Origin: Octopus sinensis
Taxonomy: Eukaryota
NCBI RefSeq assembly: GCF_006345805.1
Contig: NC_043022.1
Coordinates: 7,068,001-7,132,000, forward strand
Direction: 5' to 3'
DNA: 64,000 nucleotides
Position numbers and translations under genes: made by a program. Below the pieces are notes generated by a model, which was given only the letters and a program-made list of their open reading frames with translations, was not told the DNA's origin and ran no database searches. Shown piece after piece: positions 50,355 to 62,264 of the stretch; position 1 is the first letter of the stretch, and each line of letters begins with the position of its first letter.

Positions 50355-52050
50355 TATTTATATACTACTTGTTACATCTACACTATTTCCAATCAGTTTG
50401 ATTTCCGTTTTGTCATCATTCCTTCACCCTGTAGCATTCAGATCACTCTGCCAAATGCAATGCTCATTTATTTGTATTCTCTAGAATTAATTAATGATAC
50501 TTGTAACTTTGGAATTTCAAAGGTGTGATTGTTTACTTCTAGAACGACAGTGTAGGGTACGTGGGAAAGGCCAGATCCAGCTGGTTTGAACATAAAACAG
50601 GTGGAATAATCTGGGCCAGATATAGCCAGTTTAGCCCTTCAGCACTCAAACCAGCCCAAATATTCCATCTGTTTTATATTCAAGCCAACCAGATCCAGCC
50701 TTTCACACCTACCCTACAGTTATTATAAAACTTTACAATCACATCATCAAAATCTCGAAGTTATGAGATAATCCATGATTAATTGGATATAATATGAATA
50801 AATAAGCATTACATTTGACAAAGTAGTCTGAATGCTGAATGCTGAAGGGTGAAATTTTAAGGGGTCAGTATGTACAGAATTACTGCATTCTAACAGGGAA
50901 ACTAAGACATGGGGTTTTATTGTTAGTTTAGAAATAAGGTTCAACTTGGAGCTGTCCCTTGATACACATTAGACAACAAAATGATGACTGGAAAATAAAT
51001 TAACCAAAATGTAATTTAACTGGATAAACACTGACTTTCTAAGCTAGGTTCAAGACCTGAAATTCCTGGCGAAAATATCTAAAAAAAAAAAATCTCTCTT
51101 CCTTTAAAAAAACAAACAAACAAAAAAACAGATTAATTATTCAAAGAATTCCAACGTCAATAACAACAATGTATCTCAGATGTTTAATTCAATAATTTCA
51201 TTAAATCTCTCCAAATTCTTGATTAATTTTCACAGTCACTTGAAACACTTTGGCACTACATTAAAGATATGGATAGAAAAAGGCTCAATTTTCATGGATA
51301 TGAAAAGAGATTAAAGGTTATTAGAGCAGAGCCCTGGTCAAGCCAGATTGAATAGACAAAGGCATTCCAATCATGACCACCCCAAATTCGTCTTAGGAGC
51401 AGAGAAGCCATGATTACATTGTCCAATGTGTTTTCATTTAACCCTTATCAGCATTCTGATTAATCTGTCAAATGTAATCCTTACTTAATCACTTTATTTT
51501 CAATTAATCATGGATTATCTCACAGCTTTCAGACTTCAATAACGTGATTGTTTATTTTTTGAATGACATTGCAGGGTAGGTGTGAGAGGCTGGATATGGC
51601 TAGTTTGGACATAAAAACAGGTAGACTATTTGAGTTGGAAATGGCCGGGTTAAATGCTAAAGAGTTAAAATGGTGGGAGTGATTTGGTTTCTATCTCTAG
51701 CAAGTCAGGCATAGCTTACATAGCAAGCATCTTGTATCTCTACAGAGCCCTTGTCACTACTAGAACTACTAATTGTTGTGGTGGTGGTAGCAGCTGCAGC
51801 AGTTCTAATAGTACAAGCAGTGGTATGGCAGGGTGTTCATGTATGTGGAATGAATGCATCTGTTTGGCATTTATACATCTGCTGCCAGGAGGTGTGTACG
51901 TACGAGGAAGTGCAAAACCAGGAAGCAGACATTTCAAATTATAGGCACTATCTGGTTTAGGGGTTTGCTTCAGAACCACAAGGGTTAGTTAGGGATTGAC
52001 CTCAATGCATGACACTGTGAGCAGCTTCTTTCAACTAGGGCCTCACGCTA

Positions 52051-52116
52051 ACAGTTTCCATCTACCAAATTGCACTCAACTCATTAGTTGAGTGCAATTT
52101 GGTAGAGGGAAACTGT
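52051..52116. repeat. 66-nt hairpin, 30 of 31 bp matched, 4-nt loop
   Basis: acagtttccatctaccaaattgcactcaact CATT agttgagtgcaatttggtagagggaaactgt. Confidence 0.9.
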
Positions 52117-52385
52117 CAGAAGCTTCTACTAGGTGTGTATGTGTATGTGTGAGTGTGTCTGGTATGCTTGCATGTGCATGAAACTGTGACTGTGTCTGAA
52201 CCATGTTCTTGTCTTGGGGTTCCCATGCTGTATAGAAACAAGGTTAACATCCATACAAACTATATTATAGTTTACAATCTGCCATAAAAACATGTTCGGC
52301 CAATTATGGAAAAATTGAGAGGAAATATCACCTTAGAAAATTACCATTTTCAAATCTCACAACGTGAGATATTCAGCAACAGTAC

Positions 52386-52752
52386 TTTGTAGTAAAGATT
52401 GTTTGCCAACATAACATGGCAGTCCTGGTTTAGGATGAATGTTGCTGTAATTTAGCCCCAGGAGACGACGTCTCCAGCTGGCTACACAACACAATCTGTG
52501 TCCTTATAGCACCCCTACTCAGCTCACAACAATATCTGTGTATCACGATTTTTGGGTTATTTCTCTTCATCGTGATACACAGATATTGTTGTGAGCTGAA
52601 TGGGGATGCTAGATTCCCTTGTTCGAAAATATAAGGACACAGATCGTGTCGTATAGCCAGCTGGAGACGTCGTCTCCTGGGGCTAAATTGCAGCAACATT
52701 CATCCTAAACCAGGACTGCCATGTTATGTTGGCAAACAATCTTTACTACAAA
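52386..52752. mobile_element. Fold-back MITE with very long TIRs and an internal hairpin
   Basis: tttgtagtaaagattgtttgccaacataacatgg... / ...ccatgttatgttggcaaacaatctttactacaaa; nearly the whole element is self-complementary. Confidence 0.85.
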
Positions 52753-52930
52753 TATTACCTTATTTGGAAGTAACACATGGGTGATAGGAAGAGGGTTTGG
52801 TTGTAACAAAGATTTTTCTCAATAAGTGTTGGAAAAGTGGACACTAAATTGTGTGTATACATGTGTGTATATAAATATATGTGTGTGTGTGTATATATAT
52901 ATATCCATATACATCTATGTGTATGTATAT

Positions 52931-52965
<35 letters not shown>

Positions 52966-52966
52966 C

Positions 52967-53007
<41 letters not shown>

Positions 53008-53051
53008 ATGTGTGTATGTATATATATATATATATATGTATGTATATATTA

Positions 53052-53350
53052 GAGTGAAGGCGCATGGCAAAGTGGTTAAGGTGTTAATTTCCTTACCATA
53101 CAGTCATGAGTTCAATACTTGGTTGTCCTTGAGCAAGACACTTTGTTTCACTTTATTGCACCAGTCTGTTCAGCTGGCAGAAACGTGTTGTACCTGTAAT
53201 TCAAAGGGGGCCAGCCATGCCACACTCTGTGTCCCATGCTGGAGCCTCCTTGAGAGTTATGTCATTGAGGATATGCGTGTCTGTGAAGAGAAGGATCTTC
53301 TGTGGATCAAATCAACCGGAACACTCATTGCTATAACCAATGAAGTACCA
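53052..53350 (+). mobile_element. Old SINE related to families C/D
   Basis: Same layout as 48340-48655. Confidence 0.6.
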
Positions 53351-53773
53351 GTTAAGATATATATGTATATACACACACACACACAAACATACATATATAA
53401 GACAATATGATACACGTATACTTAGGAACAAAACGCTAACCTCCACCACAGACCAATCCAGCTGTACATGAAGATGAAAAAGTGCAAATGCACAGAGAGA
53501 GAGGGGAAGAACAGTAGGAGTGTGGGGGGGGGGGCAAGGAAGTGCTTGACGCTGTTAGTGATGTGCTGTACCCAAAATGTTTTTGACCTAGAGTCAACAT
53601 CTTTGAGGCCAGAGAACAGAGGACTGGCTCTGTGTCTTTTACATTGGGGGTCAACCCTGGGCAGACCAATACCTACTGTGTGGCATTTGGTACAAGGAAA
53701 ACTGGTCAGCAGCACATCATGTGTGTGTATACACACACACACACCCTTGTTATTCTTAAGCGAGAATGTTGTT

Positions 53774-53821
53774 GACAGTGACTTTGAAGTTTCAGCCAGC
53801 TAAGCCATCATCAGACTGACC
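53774..53821 (-). ncRNA. Minimal type I hammerhead ribozyme motif (Penelope-LTR type)
   Basis: Minus strand GGUCAGU-CUGAUGA-U-GGC(UUAGCUG)GCU-GAAAC-UUCAAA-GUC-ACUGUC: core boxes, GUC triplet and stems I-III present. Confidence 0.65.
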
Positions 53822-54249
53822 ATAGCAGGCCAAAACTTCAAAGCAAGTCAAAAATATTCTTGTTTAAGACTCTACAAAAGTATGGAGTAACCCATCAGAT
53901 TAATGTAAAATTGTTTTTATTATAATTAAACATAAAGATGAACATTAATATATATACATATATACACATATATATAGAGAGAGAGTGAAGGCATGAGGCC
54001 TTTTTGTTAGAGGGCACATGATCATAAGGCCATTGTGTTCATTTCCCAGATCATGTGGTACATTGTCTCCATTGTGCAACGTTATTTAATATTGTTCCTT
54101 ACTAGCAGCTGGAGACTTAACTTTTTATGGACTAGCATCCTATCCAGTGGTTGAGGTGTTCAACTCTGTTGTCTGACACCTCAGAAGCCAGGATGAGCTT
54201 TGTCCTAATGAGTGTGTTGGTCCAAGACATAAGATATATTGGTATCAAA

Positions 54250-54605
54250 TTTTGGCACAAGGTCTGCAAGCTTGGGGAAGAGGGGTAAGTCGGTTTTCAT
54301 CGAGCCCCAGGACTCGACTGCTACTTGTTTTATCGATCCTGGAAGGATGAAAGGTAAAGTTGACCTCAGTGCGATTTGAACTCAGAATGTAAAGACAGAC
54401 GAAATGATGCTAAATATCTTGCCCAGCATGCTAACAATTCTGCCAGCTCACCATCTTAATAATGCTTTCGAATTTTAGCACAAGGCCAGCAAGTTCGCGG
54501 GAGGGGTAAGTTGAGTACCTCAACCCCAAGAGTTCAACTGGTTCTTATTTTATTGACCCTGTTAGGACGAAAGGCAAAGTGGACCTTGACGGAATTTGAA
54601 CTCAA
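54250..54605 (-). mobile_element. Two tandem family B-type SINE copies
   Basis: Two ggcacaagg...ggatgaaagg..aagt.gacct...gaactca units. Confidence 0.75.
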
Positions 54606-54935
54606 TTTACATTAATATATAAATTAAGTTTACACCATAAGTTTCTTTTTCTTTCTCTAAAAACCAAACAGCCATCATTGGCCCCCACTCTAAAATACAA
54701 TCCATCTGTCCTGTTTTTTTTGTTTGTTTCAATGTTTTCTGCCTTCTTTTTTTTTCTATTTTTGTTGGGGGCTTTTCACCCACCCGGCCCCTGTTTTCAT
54801 TACATCTCATTTCTTTGGCAAGACTGTAACAATCTATCTCTCTCCATCCGTCCATCCCGACAATTGTTGATTAAATAAAATAGTGATAAGCGATAATGAC
54901 GACAACAACAAGAACAACATTCATGATGATTTGGG

Positions 54936-55198
54936 TGGGGTGGGTGGATCGCAGTGGTGACTGTCTGAGTTCCTGCGAATTGCAGCGTAATTGTCCAGCC
55001 CCTAATCTATGAAACCCTATTCGCAATGGTACCAAAACTTATCTTTCTTTGGTTATATCCACGTTGGGGTGGGTGGATCGCAGTGGTGACACAGTGTCTG
55101 AGTTCCTGCGAATTGCAGCATAATTGTCCAGCCCCTAATCTATGAAACCCTATTCGCAATGGTACCAATACTTATCTTTCTTTGGTTATATCCACGTT
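54936..55198. repeat. Tandem duplication of a ~130-bp non-microsatellite unit
   Basis: 54936-55064 and 55065-55198 are nearly identical (4-bp indel, 2 substitutions). Confidence 0.92.
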
Positions 55199-55529
55199 CT
55201 CCAACGCAATGTTTTTTCTTGTTTGTGTTGTTTTTTAGGGGATGAACTATTATTTTTAGTAGGTCAAGTACATCCATCCTGTTCATTGGAGCGTGGTGGT
55301 GGTCGTGATAATAGCAAAGGTGATCAGAGTAGTTGTGAAAGATTACAAATGGTGGTAGTGGTGGTGGTGGTGAAAATAAAAACAGGGGCCAACAGTTCAC
55401 AATTAACAGGGGTTATTTTGTAGTATTTCCTTCCATCCTACAACACGATTTTTTATTCCTCTTTCTCTTCTTATCCACTGACAAATAGCTCTGTCCACAT
55501 ACCCTCTCAACTCCCTCCCTCCCTCCCAA

Positions 55530-55562
<33 letters not shown>

Positions 55563-56134
55563 GAATATAAACATACAGATAAAAACACACACATATACAT
55601 TTCTATAAATAAACATATACATACATATTCACACAAATTGCATATATGTGTATATATATATATACACACACATAAAGTACACACTCGCACAAAGATGCAG
55701 TATATTTAATATATATTACATATATAAGTTATACCTATATAAAATCTGTATGCCTGTGCATGAGTGTATATGTATACATATGCATACATATATTCACAAA
55801 TGTGTGTGTGTATGTATGGATGCATATATATATGTATACACACAACTGTATGGCAACAGGAAGGGCATACAGCTATAGAAAATCTTCCTCAATAAACTTC
55901 TGACCCACATCAACACATGGAAAAGTGGACATTGAAATGATAAAGCATGAACACACACACATGTACCATATATATATATACACACATATGCTTATATATA
56001 CAGGTATATACATATATATACAAGTATATGTAAATATACACTCACACAAAGAAAAATATATATGTACACATAGATGTACGTATGCTCATTTACTATAGCC
56101 TCTTGGCCATGGTCATACAGGACAAATATATATT

Positions 56135-56165
<31 letters not shown>

Positions 56166-56419
56166 CACACACACACACAAACACACATTTATGTGTATAT
56201 ATGTTTGTATGTGCACACCACACACTCACAAACATGTGTGAATATGTGTATATATACTTTTTTTTTTCTTGTACTTGGTTTCCACTTAATTATGGATTAT
56301 GTTATGTCTTTGTGTTTGTTTTTTCTTCATTTTCTTCTTTTCTGAAATGCATTGATAGTTTTAAGGATTCACACTATTTTGTACAAATGCTCAGGCCACT
56401 GGGCTGGCCGGACGCTTAC

Positions 56420-56516
56420 CTAGCAAATGTTTTAAAAGCAACTGAATTGGGATTCAGACACAATGGGATCCTCTTGTTCCGCTGCTGCTGTTCCACTATG
56501 AATTTATGCAATTTTT
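56420..56516 (-). CDS. NLK: Nemo-like kinase penultimate coding exon, phase 1 to 2
   Basis: Acceptor ttttctatttccag; 97 nt giving (E)KLHKFIVEQQQRNKRIPLCLNPNSVAFKTFA(S); donor gtaagc. Matches the NLK VPLCINPQSAAFKSF motif and is in frame with the previous exon. Confidence 0.96.
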
Positions 56517-56774
56517 CTGGAAATAGAAAATAGAAAATAAAATTTATATATTGTCCATAGATGAACCTATATGTCTGTATGTTTATATGTGTGTGGGTAT
56601 CTGCTTAAGTACATACTTATACACCTTTGAATAAGTTGACAACATGACCGTCAACAGCTTAGGAAAGATGGTGAGTAAATCTTGACCCCCAAGCTACATC
56701 CTTTGGGAATGGGCCTTATGAAACTCAAGAAAAATCTACTTTTTTTTTGTAACCCATTTTAGCTTTGTGTTCTG

Positions 56775-57180
56775 GGTGTTTTTTATGTGCCACCGACACA
56801 GGTGCCAGACGAGGCTGGCGAACGGCATCCGATCGTAGCCGTTCGCCAGCCTCGTCTGGCACCTGTGTCGGTGGCACATAAAAAACACCATCCGAGCGTG
56901 GCTGTCTGCCAGCCTCGTCTGGCACCTGTGTCGGTGGCACATAAAAAACACCATCCGAGCGTGGCCGTCTGCCAGCCTCGTCTGGCACCTGTGTCGGTGG
57001 CACATAAAATCACCCACTACACTCTCGGAGTGGTTGGCGTTAGGAAGGGCATCCAGCTGTAGAAACACAGCCAGATCAGACTGGAGCCTGGGGTAGCCCC
57101 TGGCTCCCCAGACCCCGGTCGAACCGTCCAACCCGTGCTAGCGCGGAAAACGGATGTTAAACGATGATGATGATGATGAT
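56775..57180 (+). mobile_element. SINE family E with three ~63-bp internal units and a 5' inverted segment
   Basis: 56775-56826 is the reverse complement of 56838-56889; (GAT)n tail at 57165-57180. Confidence 0.88.
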
Positions 57181-57835
57181 ATTTTTCTGTTTAAGATTAA
57201 AGAGTGTGGTTTAAAGTATTATAATTGTTCCTTGTTTTAAAAGGTACTGTCTTGTAGGCTCTTGTGAGCCTACAAGACAGTACCTGTCTGGCCAATGTAC
57301 CAAATTCATCAAGTTTCTAACTTTAACAGTCAAATTTTACATTACAGAGGTCATGTGTAACTCACTGGGATTACGTGCTTGTGGATTGTGTTGTTGATAA
57401 TACATCTAACACATTAAAAGTTTCCCTTTACACTCATGACATAACTACACCCCTTTATTTGTATTTATGTTCTTTGACCATGAGTGGTTTAGGCTCCAGG
57501 TGTGTGTGTGTGTGTATACACATATTCATATTGAACATGTATAAATGTATGTGAGTTTCTGTGTGTGTGTGTGTACCTTTATGCGTATTCATTTATGTGG
57601 GTCTATAGAATCCTACAGAGCAGATATCTGCACAAGGTAAAGTGAACTTACTTCTCTGTAGATTGAAAAATAAAAGAAATGACAAACACCCTTAATCGAT
57701 TTTCTAATCTCATTGAATTCTCATCGGAGATGTTGTCTCCATCAATTCATCCAATCCCAGAGAAACAAGCAGCCAACTCGTTTCTATACTTAACTATTTC
57801 CATAGCTCCAGGAAAGTGGGGGTTCTCTGTGTCGT

Positions 57836-58001
57836 AGGAGTGGCTGTGTGGTAAGTAGCTTGTTTACCAACCACATGGTTCCGGGTTCAGTCCCACTGCG
57901 TGGCACCTTGGGCAAGTGTCTTCTACTATAGCCTCGGGCCGACCAAAGCCTTGTGAGTGGATTTGGTAGATGGAAACTGAAAGAAGCCCGTCGTATATAT
58001 G

Positions 58002-58032
<31 letters not shown>

Positions 58033-58241
58033 TTATATGTCTGTGTTTGTCCCCCTAGCATTGCTTGACAACTGATGCTGGTGTGTTTACGTCCCCGTCA
58101 CTAGCGGTTCGGCAAAAGAGACCGATAGAATAAGTACTGGGCTTACAAAGAATAAGTCCCGGGGTCGATTTGCTCGACTAAAGGCGGTGCTCCAGCATGG
58201 CCGCAGTCAAATGACTGAAACAAGTAAAAGAGTAAAGAGAG
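57836..58241 (+). mobile_element. SINE family A, antisense to NLK, about 40 bp from the exon donor
   Basis: Head-to-tail match. Confidence 0.92.
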
Positions 58242-58283
58242 TATTTTAGTGACAATAATCTGAATTCCTGTGAATTTACCCAC

Positions 58284-58482
58284 CTTTGACCTTTTGCACA
58301 GATATCAAGTCGTCTTCAAAGTCATAGTTAAAAGGCTGGTGACAGGAGGGTTCAAATTCTGTGGTGTATTGGCGGGTGGAGGGGCCATTGTGGCAACACT
58401 TACACATACAGGAATGGTATCGCAGACGACCCTCGTCTATGTAGGGATGAGATAAAGCATCGCTTGCTGATATTCGTTTGTC
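58284..58482 (-). CDS. NLK: Nemo-like kinase coding exon (end of kinase domain plus Cys-rich motif), phase 0 to 1
   Basis: Acceptor tttcttctctttcag; 199 nt encoding DKRISASDALSHPYIDEGRLRYHSCMCKCCHNGPSTRQYTTEFEPSCHQPFNYDFEDDLISVQKVK plus G; donor gtgggt. EGRLRYHxCMCKCC is an NLK signature. Confidence 0.97.
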
Positions 58483-58607
58483 CTGAAAGAGAAGAAATGT
58501 ACAAGTCTTTAATATGACAATAATTACACTGGATGATTATAACGATGAGGGTGATTTCTATTGGAAGCGCAAGAAAATAAAGTTAGAGGCAGGGAAATAA
58601 ACTTAAG

Positions 58608-58960
58608 AGGCGTGGCTGTGTAGTAAGAAGCTTGCTTCCCAACCATTATTGGGTTCCAAGTTCGGTCCCACTGCATGACACCTTAGCCAAACGTTTTCCA
58701 TTATAGCCTCAGTCCGATCAAAGCCTTGTGAGTGGATTTGGTAAACGGAAACTGAAAGAAGCCTGTCGTGTGTGTTTGTTTGTCCCACACCACTGATTGA
58801 CAACCGGTGTAGGTCTGTTTATGTTCCAGTAACGTATAGCAGTTCGGCAAAACAGAACAATGGAATGAGTACCGGGCTTTAAAAAAAATGTAACTGGTGT
58901 CGTTTCATTCAACTGAAACTTTTTGAAGGCGGTGCTCCAGTATGACAGCAGTATGAAACA
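58608..58960 (+). mobile_element. SINE family A, diverged
   Basis: gcgtggctgtgtagtaagaagcttgc...ggcggtgctccag. Confidence 0.75.
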
Positions 58961-59262
58961 AGCAAGAAGTGAGAAGATATGACTGGTCTCTATTTTAACG
59001 TGAAAAAAGGATAACGTTAACTTATGCTTGGCATAAGTGGACTTTATCCTTACAACATGAGCAATATGTTGCACCAATAATTGCATTGGATTTAGTTATC
59101 TCCCCTTTATTTTCAAAGTCCAAATCTTACGAAGATCCACTCAGCCCCCCCCCCCCCCACATTTTCTTGGGAATCGACAGACTTCAGAACCAGTCATACA
59201 CCAGTGTGTGGTAAATCGATTATATCTCTTCCCCTATATTTGTAGCATAGAACCTATATTAA

Positions 59263-59483
59263 CCCTTTAGCATTTAAACCGGCCATATCCGGCCAAAAGT
59301 ATTCTGCCTGTTTTATGTTCAAACTGGCCAGATCTGGTCTCTCACACCAACCCTACAATATCGTTTTAAAAATTAACTGCTACCTCACCAAAACCTCAAA
59401 GCTCCAAGATAATGCATGATTAGTTCAAGGCAATGTGGATAAAAAAGGATTAATTTTGGTAGAATAATGCAAACACTAAAGGG
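59263..59483 (+). mobile_element. piggyBac-type MITE family F
   Basis: TTAA TSDs at 59259-59262 and 59484-59487. Confidence 0.9.
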
Positions 59484-59759
59484 TTAAATATTCATCAAAA
59501 TGGACGACAAATATCCTCTCATATTGCCATAAAGGCACAAGTTTTGGGAGAGAAATACATTGATCTTTGTGGCCAATAAATTCATGCCCTAATTTCCCTA
59601 ATTTCATCAATCTCCAAAAGCATGGGAAGCAAAACCGACCGCAATAGGATTAGACGTCGGGATGTAAAAAATTAATTATTCGTTCAAGAGATTCTACCAA
59701 ACTACCATCTCATATTGATGATGAGGTATTTAATTTGGGCACAAGGCCAGCAATTTTAA

Positions 59760-59981
59760 CCCTTTAGTGTTCCTATTATTCTGCCAAAATTAATGCTTTT
59801 TCATCCACATTGTTTTGAACTAATCATTCATTAATCTTGTAGCTATGAGATTTTGATGAGGTAGCTGTTAATTTTTAAAACGATATTGTAGGGTTGGTGT
59901 GAGAGACCAGATCTGGCCAGTTTGAACATAAAACAAGCAGAATACTTTTGGCCGGATATGGCCGGTTTAAATGCTAAAGGG
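59760..59981 (-). mobile_element. piggyBac-type MITE family F, inverted relative to 59263
   Basis: TTAA on the left; terminal CTAAAGGG on the right. Confidence 0.88.
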
Positions 59982-60299
59982 TCAGTTGACACAATCGACC
60001 TAGAACTTGATTGCTGCTTTACTTTGCTGACCCTGAAAGGATGAAAGGTGAAGTTGCAATTGGCAGGATTTGAACACAGAACCTAAAGTGCTGGAACAAA
60101 ATAACACAAGCCATTTTGGCTGATGCTCCAGCAAAGTCTGATGATTTGGCAATTCTTGTTCTTACAACATGAGCAATATATTGCACAAACCTTTTCAATA
60201 AAACGGTTTCTCATAACAGCACAAATTCAGATGACAAGCATGGCTGGTTTAAATCACGTCCCGCATTTGATTGTTTATCAATTCTGGAAATTGGTTTAA

Positions 60300-60518
60300 C
60301 TCTTTAGTGTTCAGATAATTCTATCAGACATAATGTCTATTGATTCCCATTGATTTGAATTAATCATGAATTATCTCATATCTTCAAGATCTTGATGGTG
60401 TAATTACTTAATGTAGAATAACATTGTAGGGTAGGTGTGAGAGCCTGGATCTGGTCAGTTTGAACATAAAACAGATTAACTATTTTGGCCGGATATGGCC
60501 GGTTTAAATACTAAAGGG
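60300..60518 (-). mobile_element. piggyBac-type MITE family F, diverged
   Basis: ttaa|ctctttagtg...ctaaaggg|ttaa. Further partial copies near 32140, 33660, 34670, 46430, 50450-50860 and 51440-51668. Confidence 0.8.
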
Positions 60519-61160
60519 TTAAAAATGAAATATTGCTGATGGCAGATATTTACTGCCAAGTGAAAGCAAAATAATTTCCTTTCCACAGATGAAACAATGC
60601 ACACTAAGAATGCATATAAAGATACCAGTTTCTCATTCCTCATCTAATGATGCAGGTATATCAAAATTAGAGCTAGGCAGATGTATGATGTGACGAGCAT
60701 TAACATTTGAATAAATATATAAGTTACCAATTATTATCTCCATGGCTAATATTTTTGACAGACTTCAGCCATAATAATCAGCCTAAACTTGTGGTTACCT
60801 GTGAATACTCAAGGTAGTCTGCTGAACAGTGTAATTAATTAGGTAAGCATTTTTTCTTCTTTTAGATGAATTCTGGTTGGCATTAGAACAAATCAATTTT
60901 ATTTTGATTGATCGATTGATTCTAGTTTCAGCTCACGAGCTGTGGCCATGCTGGGGCACCGCCATTTATTTATTTTGATGATTCATTCCTCCCACTTGTT
61001 TTTTGTTCCCATTTTAATATTAGACCCAGGGGCTAACTGTTCTTAAAGGAACAGCCTGAAACCGAATTAACAAATTAAAAATGTGATACAAATAGACCAA
61101 AAATCTCGGTCTTTGGTTGTTGCAACAGTTTATATATTATATTTGTGCATTTTTTGGTAT

Positions 61161-61427
61161 CAGCCTCGTCTGGCACCTGTGTCGGTGGCACATAAGAAAA
61201 CACCATCCGAGCGTGGCTGTCTGCCAGCCTCGTCTGGCACCTGTGTTGGTGGCACATAAAATCACCCACTACACTCTCGGAGTGGTTGGCGTTAGGAAGG
61301 GCATCCAGCTGTAGAAACACTGCCAGATCTGACTGGCCTGGTGCTTCCTTCGGGCTTGCCAGACCCCAGTTGAACCGTCCAACCCATGCTAGCATGGAAA
61401 GCGGACGTTAAACGATGATGATGATGA
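61161..61427 (+). mobile_element. SINE family E 3' part
   Basis: Conserved core and (GAT)n tail. Confidence 0.87.
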
Positions 61428-61830
61428 TTTAGACTGGAATAAGCATTGATTTAACCTATCTTCACATAATATAAGATTCTGAAGCACAGATCTTCATCTA
61501 TTGATTTATGCTAATAGTTTTGCTTTCACAGTTTATTCTGGCTTAGTTCAGACGGTCAAATTAAAGATGGAAAAAAATGCCAAACCATATTATCTTAAAA
61601 ACAGAGGGACACAATGGATAATGTACTTCTAGACACACTCTGCTCAATTTCAATGTTTTGGACTATAAACATCATGTTAGGAAATCCTGTGTACTGTTGG
61701 CATTTGGTATAGAAATAGAGTACTCCCTCAACTATCACGAGTGATACGTTCCCAAAACCCCTGCAACAGGTGAAAATCTGAGAAGTTGAAACAGTACTGT
61801 ACTGTCTATTTTTATAATTTGTATATACTT

Positions 61831-62264
61831 ATCTCTCTATATATAAACGGTAGTTTGTCTGTCTGTGTGTCTGTCAGGTTGTACCCTCACCCTGACCACG
61901 GCTTTCAACCGATTCTGATGAAACTTGACACACACATAGCCCAATGTCATAATTCAAAACTAACGCAGCGAAAACTTTGAAAAGTTCCCCCAGTTCTGAA
62001 AAAGATCGATAAATTCGACATGGGGTCGAGAATCTAAGCTTTTTATATGCAACACATTTTCTGTCTAGGGGACACAACTCGACCTTTTTATCGCCCAAAG
62101 GGACAGCTAGGAACATTGTATACACAGAAGTATTCGAGTGAAGAGAAGATATTGCAACTTGCACATGCGCCTTTGTTCCCAAGAGGGAAAGGACTAGATT
62201 GGGATTAGTCGTTGCCTACTAGGGGCTCTTACATACCTGGGCAATGCCGGGCTATGCTGCTAGT
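61831..62264 (-). mobile_element. Helentron-like non-autonomous element, copy 2
   Basis: Nearly identical to 49931-50354. It abuts a Tigger/pogo-like end fragment at about 61725-61830. Confidence 0.75.

Noticed and set aside
51751-51960. Short hydrophobic ORF with CCQEVC, resembling an insulin A chain
   Set aside because: The final Cys of the CC-x3-C-x8-C motif is absent, there is no B chain or dibasic site, and the N-terminus comes from trinucleotide-like repeats.
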